DNA of 63,723 nt, the filler included, from Bigelowiella natans CCMP2755 (taxonomy: Eukaryota; Protista; Cercozoa): NCBI GenBank assembly GCA_000320545.1. It is 4 parts of 4 records of this genome, joined end to end, with 100 filler letters (N's around TTAATTAATTAA, not from the genome) between each part and the next. Parts side by side here need not be neighbours in the genome. Positions count along the whole stretch, not along the records: positions 1 to 30,185 come from ADNK01002270.1; positions 30,286 to 57,997 come from ADNK01000919.1; 2 more parts are not named here. One strand, 5' to 3'. Below the pieces are notes generated by a model, which saw nothing but the letters and a program-made list of their open reading frames with translations, was not told the DNA's origin and did not search any database. A program made the translations under genes and the position numbers. Below are positions 25,705 through 37,845 of the stretch, piece after piece. How positions within the stretch are numbered: the stretch's first letter is position 1; each line of letters starts with the position of its first letter.

Positions 25705-27810
25705 TTATACACACACACATATATATATACACATATATTAAATTAGTAAATGGGTGAGGCGTAATAGAAAGGTATCTTAAATACACTCGTCCTCGGGTGT
25801 ATTTTTAACTTTTTGAATAGAGATTCAGAAGAAATCTACGGGTGCTATTTGAACAGAGATTGTGAGTAATCTTCGATTGCTGCTGTGTTGTGCTGTGCCC
25901 TGCAAATAGATTCGAGAACTACAAAGAAATTCTAATAATGAAAGACAACGAAATCCGTCCAACACAGCCAAGCTTCAGCCGCAGCACAGAGAGGGTAAGA
26001 TGAGTGCGATCAGGCGAAGAGTTATCAACCATGCAAATGTTTGCCAACATACCGATGTGTTTGAGGCATACAGATTTTGTAAGTATCATTGCCACAAGTA
26101 TGCGCTAGAGGTGCATCGTTGCTTTCTGTCTATCTCTCTCTCCCTCCCCCTTTCCCCACCTCTCCCCATAAAAGCGAGCAATGGCTTCAAGTGACCTAAC
26201 CTATAGATGCATCGAGGGGGAGAAGGGCGACGAGAGCATGTTCCCACTCATCGCACGGAATCAGCACAAGAGGGACTCCCCGTCACCTCTTCTCGCATTG
26301 CTCCGTCGTCGACGAGGAAAGGACTACAGCTACCCGAGCGGAAGAAGGAGCGGGGGGACCAAGAACGAGCGGGGAGGGGGAGGGGGAAACACAAAGGTAG
26401 GCCAAATGAGCGAAATGATTCGAAGAGGATGAATCTTAAGGAGACATCATGCTGATATTCGCCCCTGCGGCGCAAACACAAAGAGTATGCTCCAAATAGC
26501 ACATAGCAACGAGGAGGAGGACTCTCCTAATTGGAAATTATCAAAAAAAACAAAAACTGAATTGCACTAGCGGCGCCGTCCTTCCTAAGATATGAAAAGC
26601 TCTAACACTTCTGTATCTTTTCAATGCCATTCAGGGACTCGTCCTCGTGATGCCGCATACTATGAAAAGGACCGTGATTCGAGTGAAGAGTATGGAGAAG
26701 GGGTAGGCTCCGACAGAAATGTCCACAAAGAAGAAGGAAAATGCAAGAAAAGGGCAATCGAAGGGGATGAAAAGGTACAACTAACATCAAAAGCAATATT
26801 CCCTAACGCCATCTCGCTGTGATGACTATATTCAGCTCGAGCACGAAGGAAGGGGAGGAGAGAAGGTCTTAGAGAGGAAAATCCTGACTGAAGATCCAGC
26901 CAGTAACAAGGCAGGAAGGGAAGTGTTGGATGGGGAGATATTGGATGAGGGAGAAAAGGAGGTGTTAGACGGGGAGATATTGGATGAAGATACAGCTGTG
27001 TTTGATGGGGAGATCTTGGACGAGGGAGAAGAGAAGGTGTTAGACGGGGAGATATTGGATGAAGATGCAGCGAATGAAATGATTAGCAAGGTACTGAAAG
27101 AGCTTTGATCCCTAGTATTAGACTTGAGCTAATAAGATAGACTTTATGCCCCAAATTTCTCTTTTCTTTTACACTGGCGATGCTAGTGCGTGCTTGAGAT
27201 TGGGTTCTTGTGCCGCAGCAGCAGACACCTTTGCTGCCTCGAAAAACATATTTTCTAGAAATCGATCGATCGCAAAACAGATGAGAGTCTCCATTTTTTC
27301 TCCTTCGCAGTTTCTTTCCCCCAACAACGATTCCACGTGTGCAATAATTTGGGTGGTATTTATTTCAGTAGAATTTCAGCCTTTGCATATCAAATCGGAA
27401 TTTTCGAATTCTCGCGACAACGCCCCCTTCTTTACCAGATTTGTCTGATCTTAGGTTTGCGACATTTCGAGTGTGTTGGAGAGGCTGCTTCTTTTCTCTG
27501 ATTCGGTAGTATTAGCACGCTGCCGACACTAGCAAACACCCTTAGACGTAATGCGTTCATTGGTCAGTCGTTTTCCACAAACCATTCAATGGCACTAAGT
27601 ATGTGAAACAGATGCTATCGATATATCTCATAAAACCAAAATATTGCCATGGAGAACCTCTCCTCTCTCACGCCAGCGCTTTGCCGTTTGTGGGTATGAA
27701 AGGTAAAAGAGATGAAGCGGAGAATGCAAGCGCTTGAGGCGGAGAATTCGCACTTAAAGAACCGTGTCGAAATACTGGAAAAGAGCTTTGCTGATGAGGT
27801 TGGCTGAGAC
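24660..27810 (+). CDS. Multi-exon protein with an RLD-G...YTxEEFxxYYG...W motif, acidic repeats and a C-terminal coiled coil
   Basis: Exons EARLDGN, AYTREEFDSYYGPLAEEKW|EKA, an Arg/Gly-rich segment, VLDGEILDE repeats and KEMKRRMQALEAENSHLKNRVEILEK. Whether these form a single gene is uncertain. Confidence 0.5.
26855..27065 (+). repeat. Coding minisatellite, 36/39-bp units encoding VLDGEILDE(GEKE/DTA)
   Basis: Four close copies plus one diverged copy of gtgttagacggggagatattggatga, alternating to form a ~75-bp higher-order unit. Confidence 0.85.
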
Positions 27811-28593
27811 AAATCGTCAACTTGGAAGAGTTTTGAATCCGTTTAGTAGTTGTAGGGGCAGTGGGGTTGAGTTCCTTTCAGGCGAAAATCATCTTCGTTT
27901 TTTCACATGAGCGAGAGAAGTCCAATATTTATTCAGGGGGAGAACGTGCAAATGTATGCATGGTGATCTTGTATTTCTTCTAATAAAATTCTCACAATTC
28001 ACTCACGTTGGTACGGTACTATTAGGTGGGAAAGCACCTGAGAATAGTGGCACTCAACGCTGAGACATCGGCTAAAATTGCTAGTGTTTACCGCGGTTCT
28101 TCTGGCGAATGATGCGAGAAATATATCAGTGTCATGCTGATCATGTGATCAGCAATAACTGTGGTGCAAATTTTTATGAAAACTCTCTTCATTTCGAAAA
28201 CATGTCCGACCAAGTTTCTTGATGACGCACGCGTGTACAATGTAAGTGTGTGCATGCTCATCAAAGTGCAGTCGGCAGCTTTCTAGCTGTGGATTACACG
28301 CAACGTGCAATCCGTGGTGTGCTCTAATGCTCAAAGTGCCCTTTGCATATGCCTAGGCGTGTTGTGTTAGTTGTGGCAGCATTTTGTGCATAGCTATGTA
28401 GGGTGATATCATCACACCCAGTCACAAAGTCTCATGTGCAGCAAGACTGGAACTTGCCAATCGCCATCGATTAACATCGCAAAGGAAAGGCACGTTCTCT
28501 GTGTTTCCATTAACTAGTAAATCACTCATAACCCTTTGCTCAGAAACTGTGCACCGTGCACAGGCGAAAACATCATCAACAAACTGTCCTAAC

Positions 28594-28920
28594 TGTAGCG
28601 CGTACCACTACGCGGGCACAAGTCACGTGCGACAACAAAGGGGTTGTCGCGGATATAGAATATAGATAACGTAGATATTAATACAGCATAGGCACGTGGG
28701 TTCCGGCGGGACTCATGGCAGCACACCGGAAGTGTGCTGCCCCACGTGCGGCGGCATTCGCGAAAGCTTCGCGAATGATTACGCAGTGCACGATTTAATA
28801 AAAATATAATCTTTAATAAAAGATAAACACAACTCTTCAAAAGGAAGCAAACGTGCCTTTCCCCCCCCCTGCCTACTTGTGCACGTAGCGCCTCGGCCTG
28901 TGAACACCTTACGCGCAACA
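28594..28920 (+). mobile_element. 5' LTR (327 bp) of an LTR retrotransposon
   Basis: Starts TGTAGCGCGTA and ends TACGCGCAACA (10/11 inverted match, TG...CA termini). Internal AATAAA. Followed by a PBS and gag. Confidence 0.85.
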
Positions 28921-28925
28921 ACCTT

Positions 28926-28943
28926 TGGCTTCCACACACGGGA
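28926..28943 (+). promoter_or_regulatory. Primer-binding site TGGCTTCCACACACGGGA
   Basis: An 18-mer starting TGG, 5 nt after the LTR end. Its reverse complement ends ...GGAAG-CCA, like a tRNA 3' end. The tRNA is not identified. Confidence 0.7.
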
Positions 28944-28959
28944 AACGATTTGACTAACA

Positions 28960-30185
28960 ATGTCACAGCAGCTAGAAGAACAGCAGGACTTTGGCTCGCA
29001 GGCCGTGCAAGGGCACGAGCAGAAACAGGAAAGGAAGGGCGATACGGACGCTAAGGAAGGAGGAGGAACACCTCCACAGGCACCGCCGGGACCAGCACCC
29101 GGGATTAAGAAAGCAGATGCAGCAGCAGAGGCACTGGAGAACTTCTACGAGGCGGACGACGAGGACGTGGCCGCCGAAAGCAAGAAGGTCGTAATGGCAT
29201 TACGAGCCTTGCGACCCAGGGCGAGCAACTACGCCAAACTGAAAGTATCGATAGAATACAAGTATCAGACACATGATGTTTGGGCAGCTATCATGCAGGA
29301 CATCATGGATTACGAAGCAGACTTACCTCCAGAGTGGGCAGCTTTGTTTAGGAACGACGGGGGTCTGGGCGCCTCGCGGGGGACGACCCAGAGCACCGTC
29401 AAGCAGCAGCAGCCGGTACAGCGGAACACCCAGTTCATGTCTGTTAAAACAGCACCGGTTATGATAACGAAATACAACGGGAAAAGAGGTGAGGCAAGGA
29501 GGTGGTGGAAGAACGCTAGGAGTATACTCTGCGACTTTACCCCTAACCCCACCGAAAACGACAAGCTCAAATGGCTAGCTATAATAAAGCAAGCCATGGA
29601 CCTTTACGAGACAGGCAGGACCCGGATCAGGCAGCTAGAGAAAATACACACTACAGTTAGTGGGCTACGAGACGTTGAGGCGATAATGAAGGCTTTTGTA
29701 AATGAACAGGATGCTAACTCCCTACCCCAGGCTATTAGAAAATACAGAGCAATGATGCAGCATGAGAGAGAACCTGTTAGAGACTTTGCCACGCGCTTCC
29801 AGGATATGATCGACGAACTACATGATTTTAATTACAACACAGGTGATGATCAGGCAAGGTTTGAAGAGTTCAAGTTAAAGATAAAGGAATCCACTTACGT
29901 TACGGAGAAAGGCTACACCACGATGGAGGCAGCAGTGCAGGCTATATCCCTACGCGAGCAGGAGCAGGACCGCAAGTTTACCAGCCCTAAGGTACCTGGC
30001 ATAGGAAACATTAACGCTATTAAGCCGCAGCGAGACTGGTACAAGGACAGGGAAGGTAACCGACGTTGCGGATACTGCTCACGTAAAGGGAAACACACCG
30101 CTAAAGACTGCAGAGACAGGAAAGAAGGACGACCCAGGATGACGATCAGGCAGCTCAACGAACACTACGAGAAGTTAAAGAGAAA
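28960..30185 (+). mobile_element. gag: Ty3/gypsy-like gag ORF, truncated by an assembly gap
   Basis: Uninterrupted ORF of >400 aa. Capsid-like TKYNGKRGEARRWW...QHEREPVRDFATRFQDM and zinc knuckle CGYCSRKGKHTAKDC. Confidence 0.85.
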
Positions 30186-30285
30186 NNNNNNNNNNNNNNN
30201 NNNNNNNNNNNNNNNNNNNNNNNNNNNNNTTAATTAATTAANNNNNNNNNNNNNNNNNNNNNNNNNNNNNNNNNNNNNNNNNNNN
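30186..30285. other. Assembly gap with TTAATTAATTAA linker
   Basis: N runs flank a six-frame-stop linker, identical to the gaps at 57998 and 61961. Confidence 0.97.
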
Positions 30286-30289
30286 TAAT

Positions 30290-30373
30290 GCAGTATCTCT
30301 TCTATGTGTTGAGGCACTCCGCACTATAGGGATTGCCAAGTAGTTCGTCATTCTCCATATAATTCTATTCTCT

Positions 30374-30408
<35 letters not shown>

Positions 30409-31363
30409 AAGCATCATCATTATCGGGCATTATCGTCACAATCATCTGGCCTACGTTCATGATGCTGAAGAAGCCATCATCAACACTCTGGTTTTCTGGC
30501 TGCTGCTGCTGCTGCTGCGAGATGGCCTCTAACAGTTTTCCCTTCAATATCCTCTGGTCAAATGCGAATCTAGCACCAACGCAACAGAGTGTGAGCGTCC
30601 GGCATCATCGAAAGAAGATTCATCATGAAAAAGCATCTATGACGCTAATGCTACGTCTTTTCGGCATCAGAGAGTAACGGATATTGGGCAAGAACCTCCT
30701 CCCCCCCCCCCCCCCCCCCGTGGTCACTTCGACCCAAGGGTAGTAGTAATGTTATATATGAAATCTGTTCCTGACCCAGTCATGGTGTATAGGCGCTGAA
30801 TTATCAAATCATCGACGCCATCGTGCTACCCTCTTGGAACATGCAAATAACTCTAATTACTACTCACAACAACTCACCTGTCTATCGCCAGCCATACGAA
30901 TAGCCGTTCGGGGTCATCGATTCTTGAAAGGGGGGAGGGGGGGGGCGTGATGGAAGGATCGCAGTTGTCAGCACATGGAAAGCTGGTGGGTTTCGTTGTT
31001 GTGCTATGGTTACCCTCGCGTGATCTTGAGATGCCTGTCAATATACGTGACCTCGACTTCGCGAAATAACGACAGCATGCGCGTCGATACTCTGCGTTTT
31101 GGCCGGCACATGATGTGATAAAGTGAGGGAGGAGGAGGAGGAGGAGGGGGAAAGAGTCAGGATGCACTCTATCGACGATGGCTATAGTGATCATGATCTT
31201 GTTGGTAATGGAGAGTAATGATGGAGGAGCGAAATATATGTATATAGAAATATATTTTATAATATCTTACAATGAAGAACCCACCCCAAATTAGAGCCCA
31301 TCCTGGCTTTTCCATCCTCCACCGGAGCTCTAAAAGGGCCAACCTACCATACAAGTTATATAA

Positions 31364-31405
<42 letters not shown>

Positions 31406-31514
31406 GGGTGCGGGTCGTTGTCAAGAGCGCGGTCGTACAAATACTGCGTCGGCACGATTCATGATTTCACACGAACTAAAAAAAGAAGATACACAGTACA
31501 CGTATATGTATAAA

Positions 31515-31555
<41 letters not shown>

Positions 31556-31953
31556 GTGCGAACCTGAATACAGTCAAAGTCTACTTTCAGTGGGCTGCCT
31601 TCTCCTCGATCACTGCTGCTACTGCGGTCGCCCCAGTAGCTAGTGTTAGGTTCTTCGTTTTCCAAACTCCTCTCTTCACTTGTCTGCTGCTGCCTTTGTT
31701 TAACATCTTCCTGCTCTTGATGCTGCTGCTCCTCCTCCTCCCCGTCGTTGTCACCATTATTGCCATAATCCTTCCGGTCTAGTTTTCTCTCCTCCCCTCC
31801 TCCTTGCCATTTCAGTGGCGATGTTGGCTCTGCAACTACTAAAGAGCCGAACGTCTGCACGCTTACTCGAGGCCATCTGATATACAGCAACCACGTGATA
31901 ATCATATCTACCTCTTGACTGCCTCATGATTGCTCGCGCGTTTCGAGGAGCAA

Positions 31954-32000
<47 letters not shown>

Positions 32001-32142
32001 AAGGAATGCCAGAGCTTGAATTATAGGCACAGGCTGCTGCAGCATACGACATACTTATTCCGTAGAGTGAGAACACCCTTGTACTCCTTCGTGTCCATAT
32101 CAATTTTCTCGTGGCAGCCTAATTCTGCCAAGTATCTGGATA

Positions 32143-32183
<41 letters not shown>

Positions 32184-32599
32184 CACATGCACACACATGC
32201 ACATGCACGCACACGGGGAGAGAGAGAGAGAGGGAGAGAGAGAGAGAATGGAGGGGAAGGGGTTTAGGGTAACATAGTCAAATACTGGAGTAGAGCAGAT
32301 AATTTAACTCAATCTATTAATACAGGTTGCGCAAGTTCGGGGGTCAGATAGATATAAGAAATCACAACCTGAACTTAGGAATGCTGCTGTGTACCAGTCG
32401 CCAAACACCAGTCAATAAATCACTAGATTCCTAGATATGACAACGACGACGACGACGATGATGATGATTATTATTATAATTATTATACTTTCTCTGTGCC
32501 GTCCTCGTGCACATGATCTTCTATCCTACCTCTCTCGTAATTTCCATGCCCCCCCCCCGCGCCCCTTCTTCTTATTATTATTATTATTATTATCTTTAT

Positions 32600-32630
<31 letters not shown>

Positions 32631-32647
32631 GCTAAAATAATAATAAT

Positions 32648-32688
<41 letters not shown>

Positions 32689-33619
32689 TACTGCTACAAT
32701 ACTGTTCGCAATTATAATGTTGCAGCAGATATGCAGACAGACATTTATGGGAACTTCCGTCGGGTTGACAAGCTCGAGCCTACTAGCCATAGTGGTAAGA
32801 GCATCCTCATCTAAGACGGAAACGATAAAGCGAAGATGCTGCCCATCGCCAATTCCTGCAGCTCCTTTATCATCTGTTTCGAATTTGTACGTGTCGACTA
32901 TGTATTGAACCAGCTTTGACTTGGCCACCTTCAGAGTACAAAAGGATAGATTATCACAAGGTGTGTGTCTTCGATGCAACACACGACACTCGACGGGATC
33001 TCCACAACAAACGGTATCTATCTCACAGTTAAATAGCACACGCATTCAGCTAGTCTATTCTTCACCTGGCGTTCGAGCTGCTGGTTTCTGGAAAGCCGCG
33101 CACGCAGCCGAGTAGGGGTAGTAGTAGTAGTAGTAGTAGTAGTAGTGCGGCCACTGTTTTATGGTGAAAGTTATGATAATGATGATCATGACGATGAGCC
33201 ACCAACTCTACAATCGATTAGTCTAGTGGATTTATAGTTATATTGAAAGGGTGGGTATATTTGTGATGTGTACAGGTAGCAACAAACTTGCAGGCGGTGC
33301 ATTATTTCGACGCGACGCGTGCTGGCAACACGTTCGCGCTTTGAACTTGGCGTTGTGTAAGGATAGAGAACAACCTGGAGGAGAAAGGGTTATTGGTAGG
33401 AACCTCCGTAGGAGCTAATCGAAAATTGTGCGGTGACGAGTGCCGAGAGAACCCAAAAGCAGCAAACTTGGTCCTCTTTAACGTAGGAGGCGGAACACTT
33501 ACCTCCCCCCTGGACTTGCTTACACGATAAGTTGTGAACCCAAACAGACCGAGGAGGAGGAATGTTTTCACGACAAATCTGCAGTTCCTATCATTCCTCG
33601 TCGGGCCTCCTTGGAACAT
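30290..33619 (-). CDS. Multi-exon gene, unknown product, with an N-terminal hydrophobic segment
   Basis: Exon-like segments MFQGG...KTFLLLGLFGFTTY, VECRVLHRRHTPCDNLSFCTLKV...ELVNPTE, YLAELGCHEKIDMDTKEYKGVLTLRN and RILKGKLLEAISQQQ, separated by microsatellite introns. Confidence 0.5.
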
Positions 33620-33973
33620 AGGCGCCAGAGCCGCAGTGGCTTGGAAGCGGGGGGGGAGGAAAAAAGCAAGGGGAGCTACCGTTAGCAAATCACGTGGCAG
33701 CGAACGCCTTTCGTTCCGTCCTTTCAAAAGCTCCAAATCTTTTGTCGCAATATCTAAATAGACTGAAATTCCGAAGAGTGAACATCCGAATATTAGAGCA
33801 TTTCCGTCGCTAATTTTCCACAGCGACAAAACAAAATTCCAGCCCATGATTGTAATCCCCGGTAGATCGAGTCGGGAATCCGAAACGGTCATCGGCCTAG
33901 TGATGTGCCCCCTACCAACACACGCCTAGCACCGCCCAGAGTAAACCTACGTACACGAAAACCCGGATTGGAG

Positions 33974-34570
33974 ATGTCATCACTACCCGCCATTAAAGAA
34001 GAGAATGTAAATAAGGAGGAAAAGTCGGTAAATGTGGAAGTGAAACGGTTGCAGTCTAAGCGCCAGGATGGTCATCTTCCGGCGGACTATGAGGAAGAAT
34101 TTATGAAGATTCTAGAGGGGGTCGTTGGTACGGACGGATTTCTTTGCGACAACGACATTAAAAATCTCTTCAAGAAGTGTGGCCTTCAAAGCAGTAGCGA
34201 CGAAGACGTTCTCCTTGAGGAGCTCCGATACAACAAAAACAACAAAATTCATTGGACAGAGCTGCTGGACTACATGTCAACGAACGGAATTACAAATTGG
34301 CTGAACGTTGATCAAGTGGATCTAATGGAAGAGAGTTTCTTCAACCTTTTATCAAAGAGTGGTCGTAAGAAGGGAGAAATAACACTTGAGGAACTGGAAA
34401 CTGCAATTATGTCATATTTACCAGATCACGTAAACTCGAAAGAGGACATCTGCTCGATGTTGGCACACATACCGCCAGAACATATAAAAGATGGTAAACT
34501 TCAATTTAGGAGTTGGCTCGACCAAATGATCATCGATAACGACTCTGAAGAGGGTGATTGCGAGATCTAG
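33974..34570 (+). CDS. Calmodulin-like EF-hand protein, intronless, ~198 aa
   Basis: Four degenerate EF-hand-like units: GTDGFLCDNDIKNLF, YNKNNKIHWTELL, KKGEITLEELETAI and IKDGKLQFRSWL. Confidence 0.75.
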   Translation: MSSLPAIKEENVNKEEKSVNVEVKRLQSKRQDGHLPADYEEEFMKILEGVVGTDGFLCDNDIKNLFKKCGLQSSSDEDVLLEELRYNKNNKIHWTELLDYMSTNGITNWLNVDQVDLMEESFFNLLSKSGRKKGEITLEELETAIMSYLPDHVNSKEDICSMLAHIPPEHIKDGKLQFRSWLDQMIIDNDSEEGDCEI

Positions 34571-34809
34571 ATAGCGATATTCAGTGTTTCCTGGTCATCA
34601 TATTATCAACGTCATGTGATCATTAAGATTTATATTTTCATCTGCGCAAAAATAAAGATGAATGAATGAGGATTGAGATCTATAATCAGGTGTTATATCA
34701 GCTCTTATTTTACTTTTCTATGAATGTGGCATAGCGTAACATATCTTATTACATCGTAACTTGACACGCGCGTATAGCTAGCTTACAAGCTATTCTGTAA
34801 TGTGACTTA

Positions 34810-35880
34810 AGCCGTTAGTGCATGCTTGCCACCATTACACGTACAGCAATGATTGGCGTTTCATTGCTGCATGTAGCAGCTATGCAGGGCTATGCGTTGT
34901 AATACTAATCTTATAATCTTGTCATTGGTGCGGCCAATGCGCGCGCGGCGGGCTAGTTGCCATGGCAAGATCAGCATGTAGATGATGACAATTTTTGGAA
35001 GAAAAACAAAAAAAAGCCAGGAATGATTGGTCCAGAAGCCATGCTGTGCATTGCAATTGGAGTTGTGTTTCTTGCATGTTCTAGTGTTGACACAATAAAT
35101 GTGAACTTGCATCGCAGGCTCGCATCGTCGCAGCAACACAACACTCACTACGTACGTGCGCATGCATGTGCACGTCATCGCGATGCATTGAGATGACAAA
35201 CTAAAAAAGTCGAGACAGGCGGCTAGACAGGGGGGTATCGTAGCCCCCTGTCTCGACTTTCCACACCAAGCTCGTTGTTCGAACTGATGACGTTTCGAGT
35301 GTCATTGACAGGGATCCCTGTGCGATGCAGCCTTGCATGAACACGTGCTTTTGCAGCCAAGTGTACATGTGGATGCTCATAAACAATTCATCATCGCGCG
35401 ACATCCATCTCGACTTTCATTTTTTCCTGCCCAACTACATGCTGATCTTGGCAAGTAACCCGCGGCTAGGCAAACAAGCAACTACAACTATGCAATGATG
35501 ATGATGTGTGCTAGCTGCCATGCACAACAAGAGCCTGTGTGACATTTCAGAGGCACAGTGATGAATGCACATGCATGCATTGCACGGAATCTATCCACAA
35601 AGTCATGCTGAGCTATTCCAGCATTGATACCTACGCACAACGACATGGCAATGACTGGGTTCATGCCAAGGTCACAGCTACATCGCATCACCAGCGCAGG
35701 CTAGCAGGCATCACCAGTCTCATATATAAGAATGCTGCTAGCGAGAGCCTGGAATCCAAGTGCTGACCTAGCTAGCTAGCTAGGCCTGCTGGCACGCCAC
35801 AACTGCAGAGTACGACAGTGCAACAGTCGTCTTCGCCGTGTTGCAATTTCATTGTTGCATGATATACATGCAATATGATG
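34810..35880. other. TpA-depleted island D (partial, graded edges)
   Basis: CATG/TGCA-rich, with a CTAGCTAGCTAG run at ~35768-35783 and reduced TA. Confidence 0.7.
35206..35260. repeat. 20-bp inverted repeat hairpin
   Basis: AAAGTCGAGACAGGCGGCTA (35206-35225) and TAGCCCCCTGTCTCGACTTT (35241-35260), 19/20 paired, 15-nt loop. Confidence 0.85.
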
Positions 35881-35964
35881 TGCATAATCTAGATAATATG
35901 CACATATCGTATCACATTGCTGTGTCCATTATGTACTTATGATAGACATGCAATATGTTAAATG

Positions 35965-36004
<40 letters not shown>

Positions 36005-36010
36005 CGGATG

Positions 36011-36051
<41 letters not shown>

Positions 36052-36351
36052 GCTGTGTCTCTTATTTGCTTGCATACTTGTGCCCGCCATGTGCACATGA
36101 ACACAGGCTATAAGCGAGGCATTGTAGCAGGGCATGAAACTCGTCTAGCTAGATCTGTAACCGCTGCTCTTCATTGCCAATATAACAACCGACGCGAGAC
36201 GCACATGTTATTTGTCGCATCTATCCCAGGCAAGGACATCGCGCCCACAATTGTAGTTTGACGAATGCGCGCATGCGAATGAATGTGAGTAGTACTTGGA
36301 CAAGTGTCCATGATTTTCAACAATGTGTAGTTTCGTTTTGTCGTTTGATAG

Positions 36352-37632
36352 CTATGAATTGCCCCAACCACTATCTCTTCTTCGCTTTTTACTGCTGCGG
36401 GTGACGTCAAGAGGCCGCTTGCTAGACCCTCCGCCTAAACTATACCCGGAAGATTTTCCTTGCTCCTGAAATGTCGTGGAAATCAGATTCGATTCGATAT
36501 CGGATGATGCATTTTCATTACAACACGATGATAAAGCCATGGATTCGTACCGCAAGCCTCTCGAAGTACTTGCTGCTCCCCGACGCACGAGTTGCTCCCC
36601 CTTTTTCGTGCTAAGATTGTGTGGAGAGAAACAAGGTGGTTGTAATGGTAATTTGTTCGTCTTGTAAGGCTGAAGAAAGAAAGGGAGAGACGGAAATTGT
36701 GAGAAGGAAGACATATAACGCTGATAGATTTGGCAAACTGACAGGCACAAAGCGACCTTTTTGGAGCCCCAAACTTGTTGAGAGCCGCCTTGTTTTTCTT
36801 CACCTCCCCCCTCACCCTCAAGATCGCTCTTTGTAGCGGTGGTCTTCGACAGTGCCTGCTTGCGGCTCTCCTCCTCCTTTTCCTTTTCCTGGTAGTCCTT
36901 GGGAGGTAGAAAATCCACTTTGATCTGAAGAGGGGAAGGGCAAGAAGAAGGAGGAGAGAATGAATGAATGAACGAAGGAACAACAAGGTTAATAATGGGT
37001 TTGGTGGAGGATCGGCAGAGCGCAGAAGCAGCAACAGCAGCCACAGCAAGACGGGGAAGGCAACTAGCACTACTGGTGCTAAAATCAAATCTATTGCCAT
37101 CTCCCATTGGGAACGTTTGTCGTCTGTCTATACATCGGTATCCACAACGGTGATCTTAGGGTCAGGGCGCGTTTCGTGAACATCCAACTTGTAGCAACTG
37201 CTTCCGTAGCGCACCGTTATCGTGTCGCCCTACGGTAGCAGTAGTTGATAGACACGCGGAAGAAGAATACATGATGGGGAAGGGGTGGAGAGGAAACTTA
37301 TAAAACGAACGTTTCAGTGGTAGAAGGCAGCCGGAAAGCCTACGATGTTCTAACATAATGCCCAACGAATAGAAGCACCTGTGTGAGGCACGTGAATCGT
37401 TGCAGTGTGTTTGTCAGTGCTCCCTTGGGGTCAGGCAGCGTTGTGAATGCCGTCTTGTGCGCTTGTAATACGACGAACTTTGTTGTTGGATGGGCAAAAG
37501 TTAGACACACCAGCAGAAGGACACAGAGACGGATTATCGCCAAAATCGACACAATGCATTTGTGAGAGAGTATGTTCATATTCACAGACATTTATATATA
37601 CATAAACACACACATATTAAAAAAATATGTTC

Positions 37633-37669
<37 letters not shown>

Positions 37670-37813
37670 ATATGTATGCGTCGGCCACACCTTTCCCTTT
37701 CGGAGGTTCACGCTCGTAATGTCGGCAATACTTTCTATTTGGAACCCCAAGTTATCCATCATCTACATGTGATGAAACAAGGAATGGGGACAACGAAGTG
37801 GTGGTAATGATGG

Positions 37814-37845
<32 letters not shown>

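Noticed and set aside
26855-27065. Spaced repeats as a CRISPR array (also 46643-46848)
   Set aside because: These are in-frame coding tandem repeats without unique spacers, in a eukaryotic context.
30230-30241. TTAATTAATTAA motif repeated three times in the window
   Set aside because: It always sits centred in N runs, so it is an artificial scaffolding linker. Adjacency across these gaps is not guaranteed.
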